Source: Macrostomum lignano (lineage: Eukaryota). From it: a stretch of 64,000 nt of DNA. The position numbers and the translations under genes were made by a program. The first letter of the stretch is position 1. Each line of letters starts with the position of its first letter. Below are positions 53,839-64,000 of this stretch, piece after piece. Location of the stretch: assembly GCA_002269645.1 (NCBI GenBank), contig NIVC01000240.1, positions 124,001 through 188,000 on the forward strand. The letters are read 5' to 3'. The notes under the pieces were generated by a model. It did not search any database. It was not told where the DNA came from and saw only the letters and a list, made by a program, of their open reading frames with translations.

Positions 53839-54060
53839 CTAGGAGAACAGCGGCTTCATCTGCACCATGTTCTCGGCGCAGCGCAGCGGCAGCTGGGCGA
53901 CGTGCAGCAGCGGGTCGGTGAGGGAGCGCAGCGCCTGGATGCAGCCAGAGAACGGCAACAGCAGCATGTACAGCCACACCAACAGGAAGCCCAGCGGCCA
54001 GGCGAGTAGGAGCAGCACCAGTAGCCACAGGATTGCGTTGCATAGACCCGCTGCGCTCAT
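53839..54060 (-). CDS. 73-aa hydrophobic membrane protein, uncharacterised
   Basis: GC-rich coding-like ORF in AT-richer flanks. Long hydrophobic stretch ILWLLVLLLLAWPLGFLLVWLYMLLLPFSGC then LPLRCAENMV. Strong acceptor ttcttaccctcag 21 nt before the ATG. Confidence 0.75.
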   Translation of the reverse strand: MSAAGLCNAILWLLVLLLLAWPLGFLLVWLYMLLLPFSGCIQALRSLTDPLLHVAQLPLRCAENMVQMKPLFS

Positions 54061-54134
54061 GCTGACGCTGCTGCTTACAGTCTGAGGGTAAGAATTTCAT
54101 TCTTATGCACTCCTGGTCCATTCCAGGTGAGAAT

Positions 54135-54520
54135 TCGGGTACCGTTTTACTGGGAATCGGGTACCGTTTTACTGGGAATCGGGTACCATTTTACTGGGAA
54201 TCGGGTACCGGTTACTGGGAATCGGGTTCCGGTTACTGGGAATCGAGTTCCGGTTACTGGGAATCGGGTTCCGGTTACTGGGAATCGGGTTCCGGTTACT
54301 GGGAATCGGGTTCCTGTTACTGGGAATCGGGTACCGGTTACTGGGAAATGGGTACCGGCTACTGGGAAATGGGTACCGGCTACTGGGAAATGGGTACCGT
54401 TTACCGGAAATCGGGTACCTGTTACTGGGAAATGGGTACCGGTTACTGGGAATCGAGTACTGGTTACTGGGAATCTGATACCGGTTACTGGGAATCAGGT
54501 AACCCAGAATCGGAGGGTAC
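54135..54520. repeat. 21-bp minisatellite
   Basis: Unit ggttactgggaatcggg(t/a)(a/t)cc. Confidence 0.93.
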
Positions 54521-55019
54521 ACTGTATCAGGGTACCCAGATTCAGGAGTACCGAAGAATAGAAAAAAGGTTGCAGAAGATTAAAGATTGATTTCCATCAG
54601 CATTTCATAGTGCCGATCGCACAGACAGCCGAATACAATTCCCCAGCGAGTTTTCATTGATCTGGAAGCCCGGAAAGCCAGTTTGCATGAAGACTGACTG
54701 TTATTTTGATCTTCACGAAAAGCAGCAAGGTCTGTTTGGGAGTCGATCTTGGCCGGGAATCCACATTAAACTCAGCAGCACTGCGTGGTTGCTGGGGCAC
54801 TCGGGCTGATCAATATTGACATCGCCTGGGACCATTCCATCTCGAGGCTACCCATCTGTCCATCGAAAATCGATTAAGCTCCAATTGAAGGCTGCTGCTG
54901 TAGTTTGGATGGGCTAAGAGCTTAGTAAGTGTAGCATGATGAATCCATTGCCAACTTCATTAGTGCTCGGGTGCTCTGCGTTCCATTTCTGGCCTCGCAG
55001 TTATCTCCGGAATGTTTAA

Positions 55020-56185
55020 ACTCGCGACCCTTGGGACTCGCCAGTGCTCGAACTCGCGACCCTCTAGACTCTCCAGGGCTCGAACTCAGGACTCTTTAGA
55101 CTCGCCAGTGCTCGAACTGAGGACCCTCTAGACTCTCCAGTGCTCGAACTCGCGACCCTCTAGACTCTCCAGTGCTCGAACTGAGGACCCTCTAGACTCT
55201 CCAGTGCTCGAACTGAGGACTCTTTAGACTCGCCAGTGCTCGAACTCGCGACCCTCTGGACTTGCCAGTGCTCAAACTCAGGACTCTTTAGACTCTCCAG
55301 GGCTCGAACTCAGGACTCTTTAGACTCTCAGGTGTTCGAACTTATGACTCTTTAGACTCTCCAGTGCTCGAACTCAGGACTCTTTAGACTCTCCAGTGCT
55401 CGAACTCAGGACCCTCTAGACTTGCCAGTGCTCGAACTCACGACCCTCTAGACTCTCCAGTGCTCGAACTGAGGACCCTCTAGACTCTCCAGTGCTCGAA
55501 CTCAGGACCCTCTAGACTTGCCAGTGCTCGAACTCACGACTCTCTGGACTCTCCAGTGCTCGAACTCATGACTCTTTAGACCCTCTCCAGTGCTCAAAAT
55601 CACAACCCTTTAGACTTGCCAGTGCTCGAACTCAGGACTCTTTAGACTCTCCAGTGCTCGAACTCAGGACTCTTTAGACCCTCTCCAGTGCTCGAAAACA
55701 CAACCCTCTAGACTCTCCAGGGCTCGAATTCAGGACTCTTTAGACTCTCCAGTGCTCGAACTCACAACCCTCTGGACTTGCCAGTGCTCGAACTGAGGAC
55801 CCTCTAGACTCTCCAGGGCTCGAACTCAGGACTCTTTAGACTCTCCAGTGCTCGAACTCAGGACCCTCTAGACTATCCAGTGCTCGAACTCAGGACTCTT
55901 TAGACTCTCCAGTGCTCGAACTCAGGACCCTCTAGACTCTCCAGTGCTCGAACTCACGACCTCTGGACTCTCCAGTGCTCGAACTCACGACCTCTGGACT
56001 CTCCAGTGCTCGAACTCACGACCTCTGGACTCTCCAGTGCTCGAACTCACGACCTCTGGACTCTCCAGTGCTCGAACTCGGGACCCTCTAGACTCTCCAG
56101 TGCTCGAACTCGGGACCCTCTAGACTCTCCAGTGCTCGAACTCGGGACCCTTTAGACTCTCAGGTGTTCGAACCCACGAGCCCTG
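55020..56185. repeat. 32-bp minisatellite
   Basis: Unit ctctccagtgctcgaactcaggaccctctaga. Confidence 0.95.
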
Positions 56186-56651
56186 GATACAGCTTTGCTA
56201 ACTCTATCTCATAGAAGTTGATATTGTTAGCTCGTATTTCATCAAAGTATAGAAAATAGCAACAATACAAAACAGCAATAATTATACTTACTTAGCAATA
56301 TAGGTGCAAAGGTGATTTTGCTTTAATAAAGTATATTTCTAAACGAAGTATTGCCAACAGCTCTGCTATATATATATTGAAGAATTGGACACACCAGTTA
56401 ACTAACATCGCAGCCAGTTTACCCACCTGTGGCGGAGTTTCGGGGGTGAGAATGGACAGGACAGTGAGGCCACTGGTTGTACATTCAGGCCCAGGTGTAC
56501 ATTAATAATTAGTCACCGCGCGTTCATTTAGATCAATTTTTGCGATAAGACATTGCGCTTAAAACCAGTGGCTGCCTCCTATGCCTAGCTTATAGATTTA
56601 CTGTTACTTCTGTTTTCATATTTGTTTTTACAAGGATGTCTCTTTAGTAGC

Positions 56652-56915
56652 GAGGACCACAGGGGTAGCACAGCGGCCTCACACTGAGGCCACAAGGGTA
56701 GCACAGCGGCCTCCTCCTGAGGACCACGGGGGTAGCACAGCGGCCTCCTCCTGAGGACCACGGGGTAGCACAGCGGCCTCCTCCTGAGGACCACTGGGGT
56801 TGCACAGCGGCCTCCTCCTGAGGACCACGGGTGTAGCACAGCGGCCTCCTCCTGAGGACCACAAGGGTAGCACAGCGGTCTCCTCCTGAGGACCATGGGG
56901 GTAGCACAGCGGCCT
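56652..56915. repeat. 33/34-bp minisatellite
   Basis: Unit gaggaccacgggggtagcacagcggcctcctcct, about 8 copies. Confidence 0.93.
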
Positions 56916-57196
56916 CCCCCAAGAATCATGGGGCTATCGAGACAGTCTACCACTAAAAAGCTCTGTTGTTGGTCGTTTGATGAAGAACCTGCACTGCCAG
57001 CAAAAGTACAAGGATATTTTTTTGATTTTCCACAGGTCACGGGGTGTCCGAGTTTCCCCACTGACCCCAAGAAGCGTTTCTTATTTTTAGTGCTAAAAAA
57101 ACGCGGAAGCAGAGCTCATGGCCACAGCCGCCTGCGAGTACAGAGAATGCAACAATATTTTTTATGCAAATGGATTTGTCGAATAGATAATTGCAG

Positions 57197-60100
57197 GCAG
57201 TCCCAGCCTCCTGTCCGGGTCAGCTTTCACCCCGGAGGCTGCGCCAATCTGAGAGATCGGATGGAGAGAGAAGAGGAACTCGGGATGAAGCTGCAGGCTT
57301 TCGATCACTGGCTGCTGGAAGGGCGGAGCAGTGAGAGTGCCTGCCAGAGAGTCCCCATTATCCCAATCGAACTACATATACCCCAGTATCTAGCACTGGC
57401 GCATGTCGATAAAACATCGACCAAGGGTACAGTAACTGCCCACTGTCGCTTGGAGCCGGCTTTGCAAGTAAGTTGCAACTCACTCAGACTCACTCAGACT
57501 CATTCAGACTCACTCAGACTCATTCAGACTCACTCAGACTCACTCAGACTCATTCAAACTCACTCAGACTCATTCAAACTCACTCAGACTCATTCAGACT
57601 CATTCAGACTCATTCAGACTCATTCAGACTCATTCAAACTCACTCAGACTCATTCAAACTCACTCAGACTCATTCAGACTCATTCAGACTCACTCAGACT
57701 CACTCAGACTCACTCAGACTCAGACTTATTCAGACTCACTCAGACTCACTCAGACTCACTCAGACTCATTCAGACTCACTCAGACTCACTCAGACTCATT
57801 TAGACTCACTCAGACTCACTCAGACTCACCCAGACTCACTCAGACTCACTCAGACTCACTCAGACTCACTCAGACTCACTCAGACTCATTCAGACTCACT
57901 CAGACTCATTCACACTCACTCAGACTCATTCAGACTCACTCAGAATCCGACTTATTCAGACTCACTCAGACTCACTCAGACTCACTCAGACTCACTCAGA
58001 CTCACTCAGACTCACTCAGACTCACTCAGACTCATTCAGACTCACTCAGACTCACTTAGACTCATTCACACTCACTCAGACTCATTCAGACTGACTCAGA
58101 CTCACTCACACCCATTCAGACTCACTCAGACTCACTCAGACTCACTCAGACTCACTCAGACTCATTCAGACTCACTCAGACTCATTCAGACTCACTCAGA
58201 CTCATTCAGACTCACTCAGACTCATTCAAACTCACTCAGACTCATTCAGACTCATTCAGACTCACTCAGACTCACTCAGACTCACTCAGACTCAGACTTA
58301 TTCAGACTCACTCAGACTCACTCAGACTCAGACTTATTCAGACTCACTCAGACTCACTCAGACTCACTCAGACTCACCCAGACTCACTCAGACTCACTCA
58401 GACTCACTCAGACTCACTCAGACTCACTCAGACTCACTCAGACTCATTCAGACTCACTCAGACTCATTCAGACTCACTCAGACTCATTCAAACTCACTCA
58501 GACTCATTCAGACTCATTCAGACTCACTCAGACTCACTCAGACTCAGACTTATTCAGACTCACTCAGACTCACTCAGACTCAGACTTATTCAGACTCACT
58601 CAGACTCACTCAGACTCACTCAGACTCACTCAGACTCACTCAGACTCACTCAGACTCACTCAGACTCACTCAGACTCACTCAGACTCACTCAGACTCATT
58701 CAGACTCACCCAGACTCATTTAGACCATTCAGACTCACTCAGACTCACTCAGACTCACCCAGACTCACTCAGACTCACTCAGACTCACCCAGACTCACTC
58801 AGACTCATTCAGACTCACTCAGAATCCGACTTATTCAGACTCACTCAGACTCACTCAGACTCACTCAGACTCACTCAGACTCACTCAGACTCACTCAGAC
58901 TCACTCAGACTCATTCAGACTCACTCAGACTCACTCAGACTCATTCAGACTCACCCAGACTCATTTAGACTCATTCACACTCACTCAGACTCATTCAGAC
59001 TCACTCAGACTCACTCAGACTCACTCAGACTCACTCAGACTCACTCAGACTCACTCAGACTCACTCAGACTCACTCAGACTCATTCAGACTCACTCAGAA
59101 TCCGACTTATTCAGACTCACTCAGACTCACTCAGACTCACTCAGACTCACTCAGACTCACTCAGACTCACTCAGACTCACTCAGACTCATTCAGACTCAC
59201 TCAGACTCACTCAGACTCATTCAGACTCACCCAGACTCATTTAGACTCATTCACACTCACTCAGACTCATTCAGACTCACTCAGACTCACTCAGACTCAC
59301 TCAGACTCACTCAGACTCACTCAGACTCACTCAGACTCACTCAGACTCACTCAGACTCATTCAGACTCACTCAGACTCACTCAGACTCACTTAGACTCAT
59401 TCAGACTCACTCAGACTCACTTAGACTCATTCACACTCACTCAGACTCATTCAGACTCACTCAGACTCACTCAGACTCATTCACACTCACTCAGACTCAC
59501 TCAGACTCACTCAGACTGTTTAGCCACTCCTTTTCTCCGCCTCTCCTTCCAGTCCCTCAGTCACCTATCCTTAGCCTTTTGTTGTTGCTAACCTCCCACA
59601 GTACTCCGCAGTCTCCATGGCAACCACGCCACCGGCGCCAAGCTTCATCGATGCGGCATCCGCAGCATCAGCGGCGGTGACCATGGCAACGCGTCCGACG
59701 CCGCAGCCAACACCCCAGAGCCTGCTAGACGGGCCGTTCTGGATTGGCGCCATCGCTCTGGTTGGTCTGCTGCTGCTGCTGGGCCTCGTCACCTGCATCA
59801 AGCGGCAGTACGAAGACGACCTGTCCCGGTGCCGGCTGTTCCGCTGGAAGGCCTCCTCAGCGGTGGACGCGGAGGCAGCTGATGGAGCTTTTGCGATGGA
59901 AGCCGCGACTGTCGGCTCGGGTGAGTAGAACTCATTGTGCCTCATTAAGGCACATCTAGAAGCAGCATTGTCTTCCCATTTGATCCTAAATTGGCGCTTA
60001 AATTTAGTCTAATTTGGCGCTAAAATATGGTCTAAATCGGCGCTAAAATCTAGTCTAAATCGGCGCCAAAATTTAATCAAAATTGGCGCTAAAATCTATT

Positions 60101-63100
60101 TTAATTGGCACTAAAATCTAGTCTAATTTGGCGCTAAAATTCAGTCTAATTTGGCGCTAAAATCTAGTCTAAATTGACGCTAAAATCTAACTCAAATAAA
60201 TAAAATATTTTCACACCTCAAAGGCAGGCATCTAATATTAAATGTCTGTTCAATAATAGAGGTCTCGGTTGACTTCAATAGCGAAAGATCAAAGAACTTT
60301 CTTTGTTCTAACGCATTTTGTCTCTAGTTTTTATTAACTAAAACTACAGTCACTAGTCACGTAGTTACTAAGAAATACGTACGAGAAATCTGACCTCCAT
60401 TTTTTCCTGAAATTTTAGGCTACCAGGCGAGGCAGTACACGGGAGTGACTGCGTTCGACTTTGACTTGGAGGCTGGCGAGGTATGAGGGCTCGGCTCTCT
60501 TTGAGATATGATAGGCTGCCTGTAACAGTGACTGGTCGAGTGCCGTGCTGAGAATAACAATGCTAGTACATGTAGCCAGAGTTCTAGTGGAAGTGAGAGG
60601 GAAGGAATTAGAAGGGGTGAGACGGAGAGAAGGGGAGAGACAGAGAGAGATAGAAGGGGTGGGACGGAGTGAAAGGGAGAGACATGAAAGGGAGAGAAGG
60701 GGAGAGACGGAGATAGAAGGGGAGAGACGGAGATAGAAGGTGTGAGACGGAGATAGAAGGGGTGAGACGGAGATAGAAGGGGAGAGACGTAGAGAGAGAC
60801 AGAAGGGGAGAGAAGGGGAGAGACGGAGATAGAAGGGGAGAGACGGAGATAGAAGGTGTGAGACGGAGATAGAAGGGGTGAGACGGAGATAGAAGGGGAG
60901 AGACGTAGAGAGAGACAGAAGGGGAGAGACGTAGAGAGAGATAGAAGGTGTGAGACGGAGATAGAAGGGGTGAGACGGAGATAGAAAGGGTGAGACGGAG
61001 ATAGAAGGGGTGAGATGGAGATAGAAGGGGTGAGACGGAGATAGAAGGGGTGAGACGGAGATAGAAGGGGTGAGACGGATATAGAAGGGGTGAGACGGAG
61101 ATAGAAGGGGTGAGACGGAGATAGAAGGGGTGAGACGGAGATAGAAGGGGTGAGACGGATATAGAAGGGGTGAGACGGAGATAGAAGGGGTGAGACGGAG
61201 ATAGAAGGGGAGAGACGGAGATAGAAGGGGAGAGACGGAGATAGAAGGGGTGAGACGGAGTGAAAGGGAGGGACAGAGAGAGAGAGATAGAAGGGGAGAG
61301 ACGTAGAGAGAGATAGAAGGGGAGAGACGTAGAGAGAGATAGAAGGGGTGAGACGTAGAGAGAGATAGAAGGGGTGAGACGTAGAGAGAGATAGAAGGGG
61401 TGAGACGTAGAGAGAGATAGAAGGGGTGAGACGGAGTGAAAGGGAGGGGCAGAGAGAGAGAGATAGAAGGGGAGAGACGTAGAGAGAGATAGAAGGGGAG
61501 AGACGTAGAGAGAGATAGAAGGGGAGAGACGTAGAGAGAGATAGAAGGGGTGAGACGTAGAGAGAGATAGAAGGGGTGAGACGTAGAGAGAGATAGAAGG
61601 GGTGAGACGTAGAGAGAGATAGAAGGGGTGAGACGTAGAGAGAGATAGAAGGGGAGAGACGTAGAGAGAGATAGAAGGGGAGAGACGTAGAGAGAGACAG
61701 AAGGGGAGAGACGTAGAGAGAGATAGAAGGGGAGAGACGTAGAGAGAGACAGAAGGGGAGAGACGTAGAGAGAGATAGAAGGGGAGAGACGTAGAGAGAG
61801 ATAGAAGGGGTGAGACGTAGAGAGAGATAGAAGGGGTGAGACGTAGAGAGAGATAGAAGGGGTGAGACGTAGAGAGGGATAGAAGGGGTGAGACGTAGAG
61901 AGAGATAGAAGGGGTGAGACGTAGAGAGAGATAGAAGGGGTGAGACGTAGAGAGAGATAGAAGGGGAGAGACGTAGAGAGAGATAGAAGGGGAGAGACGT
62001 AGAGAGAGATAGAAGGGGTGAGACGTAGAGAGAGATAGAAGGGGTGAGACGTAGAGAGAGATAGAAGGGGTGAGACGTAGAGAGAGATAGAAGGGGTGAG
62101 ACGTAGAGAGAGATAGAAGGGGAGAGACGTAGAGAGAGATAGAAGGGGAGAGACGTAGAGAGAGATAGAAGGGGAGAGACAGAGAGAGATAGAAGGGGAG
62201 AGACAGAGAGAGATAGAAGGGGTGAGACGTAGAGAGAGCGGTATGAGCGGTATTGAAGGAGACATTACAGTAGGAGACGCAGACGCAGTTGCAGTTGCAA
62301 TAAAAAGTGCACTCTCATTTCTGAGTCCACGCGGTCTGATTTATTGCTGAAAACTTCATCTTGCGCCAGAACGGATGGCGAATTTAAAGTATTTTGACGA
62401 GAACAATTATCCAGTTTTGAATTGTTCAGATTACAAACTGCCAGTTGTTCATCTTTTTTTACATTTTTCCCGCAGGTCACTCCCAGCAACCACGTCGAAG
62501 GCCCTGGCCGCAGGTCGCCGATCCAGCAGTCGCCGACTCTGCAGTTTCACGCTTCGAGCCCCTTGGCCGTCAGGTCATCCGAGGTCACAGCGGCGGAAGC
62601 AGACGAAGCGGCCGAAGCGGAAGCGGCAATGCGGGCCCTCGCTGACGAGGTGGCCAGCCGGCTGGCGCTGCGGACCGCGGCGGACAGCGTGTTGTTCACC
62701 GTGGACTCGCCGACAGGCGAGGAGGGCGGCGCCGGCAGCCGCCGCTGCTCAAGCAAGAGGCGAGCGTTCGCGCGGAACCGCACGACCACCATGGCCAGCG
62801 CGGGCACCAGCGAGTCCGCTGCCACGGCGGCCACCGGAGCCGCCGAGTCGTCGAGTCGGCGACGCAGTCGGCGGCACCGCCGAAGCCGGGACGGGCATGG
62901 CGGAAGCGTCTGCGGCGGCAGCAGGAGCTGCATTGACTTTGCCGCGATGTCGTCGGCTGGAGGCGATGCTGGACGACTGAACATCGCCGATAACGAAGGC
63001 TGGAACGGCGGCGGAAGTTCCCGGCGAAGACGGGGGCGCCGCTGCCGCCGCTGCTGCCAGGAGGAGGCCGAGGCAGAGGCGGAGGCGCCCGGACCGCCAG

Positions 63101-64000
63101 CTGAAGGCCCGCTGGACACCTCGGAGACGGCGGCGAATCGTCGTCAACTGTTGGACCGGCTGGTCCGCCAGGCTTCCGCCGGTTGCACCTGCCGCCGCTG
63201 CTGGCGTCGATTCCAGGCCGAGGTGCTTGTGCTGAGGGCGCGGTTTCACGGAGAAGGCGGCGCCGAGGCCGGGAGCAGCTGCGGTCGGGAGCACCGCCGA
63301 AGAAGTCGAAGCCGGCGATGCCTGATGGCGGAGGACGCGGAGCCGCTGCCAGCCTTGCAGCCGCGACTGTCGGCGTCCAGCTGCTGCGGTGGCGAGTTCA
63401 ACAGCGGGGTGGCCTCGTGGCTGCTGGCCCAGCAACCCACAGCTGCGGAGGCCCGAGCCAAGGGTGCCCAGGCGGTGAAGTGCAACTCCATCGAGGACAT
63501 GAGCTGCGCCGCGGCCAAGGCGGCTGCCGCCGAAGCGGCTGCAGCGGACGAGTTGGAGGAGGAGCAGGGGGAGGCGGGAAGTCAGGCCGACGGGCGCGAG
63601 CGCCGCAACTCCAGCCGGCAGCTCCGACGTCAGGGTCGGGAGCGGTGTCGGCGCCGGTCGGTCTCGGCGGTGCCCTGCGGCCCCGGCACCGATGCCGGCG
63701 TCGCCAGAGGACGCGTCGAGGAGCTGGCGAACCGCCGGTTGGAGCGGTTCCGGGCGGAGCTCCGCCAGCTGTGCGAGTCCGCGCAGCCGCGGCCGCCGCC
63801 GCCGAAGCTGCTGGCCGTGCCGCCGATTTCCTCAGCAGCGGCGTTTGCGACGGAGCCCTCGGCGGCGGCAGCGGCGGTGGCAGCGTCCTCAGCGAAGTCT
63901 ACCTACTCGACGAAGGGCGCCTGGGCAGCGGCCGCGCCAGCCTCGGCCTCGGCAGCGGAGCTCTGCCCGCCGCAGCTGGCCTCGCCGACGCCTTCGCTGG
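57197..64000 (+). CDS. Orphan single-pass membrane protein, partial; exons 57197-57467 (tentative), 59602-59920, 60419-60480, 62476->64000
   Basis: Donors caa|gtaagt, tcgg|gtgagt, gag|gtatga. Acceptors gctaacctcccacag (with branch point), aattttag, tttttcccgcag. Phases 0, 1 and 0 are all compatible. TM segment FWIGAIALVGLLLLLGLVTCI. Last exon checked stop-free for 508 codons to the window edge. Confidence 0.7.
57478..59517. repeat. 10-bp satellite (ctca(c/t)tcaga)n, intronic
   Basis: About 200 units with recurring cttattcaga and gaatccga landmarks. Confidence 0.97.
59988..60190. repeat. 23-bp degenerate tandem repeat, intronic
   Basis: Unit ggcgctaaaatctagtctaaat(c/t), about 9 copies. Confidence 0.88.
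60597..62240. repeat. Purine-rich 20/26-bp minisatellite, intronic
   Basis: Units gagacggagatagaaggggt and gagacgtagagagagatagaagggg(t/a). Confidence 0.96.

Noticed and set aside
50471-62265. Long repeat ORFs (50471-51934, 50794-51924, 52040-52984, 57473-58723, 60415-62265) and similar ones at 23.5, 33-35, 38 and 40 kb
   Set aside because: They coincide with tandem arrays, are open in several frames, and several lie inside introns of modelled genes.

Overview
Eukaryotic (animal) genomic DNA, very rich in minisatellites, with GC-rich coding exons and GT-AG introns. Composition and repeat style resemble the free-living flatworm Macrostomum (inference, not verified). Genes: an intronless ankyrin-repeat channel with a TRPM-type body (7.5-11.0 kb); a head-to-head pair of microsomal epoxide hydrolases (EPHX1-like) with 718-bp apparently identical inverted arms, one copy frameshifted; five consecutive + strand genes (RPS26, V-ATPase subunit E, two RPS5 copies, a VMAC-like coiled-coil gene) that may form a trans-spliced operon; a 73-aa membrane protein; and a multi-exon orphan single-pass membrane protein running off the right edge. 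Mobile DNA: a 5'-truncated, ORF-intact APE-RT-RNase H non-LTR retrotransposon inserted in a minisatellite with a 13-bp TSD; a Mutator-type MITE with a 9-bp TSD; tRNA-derived and Helitron/HINE-like dispersed repeats. About 25 distinct tandem arrays are present, and each of the seven modelled introns carries its own. Most long ORFs in the supplied track are translations of these arrays. Exon coordinates were derived by hand, array limits are approximate, and no alignments or searches were run.
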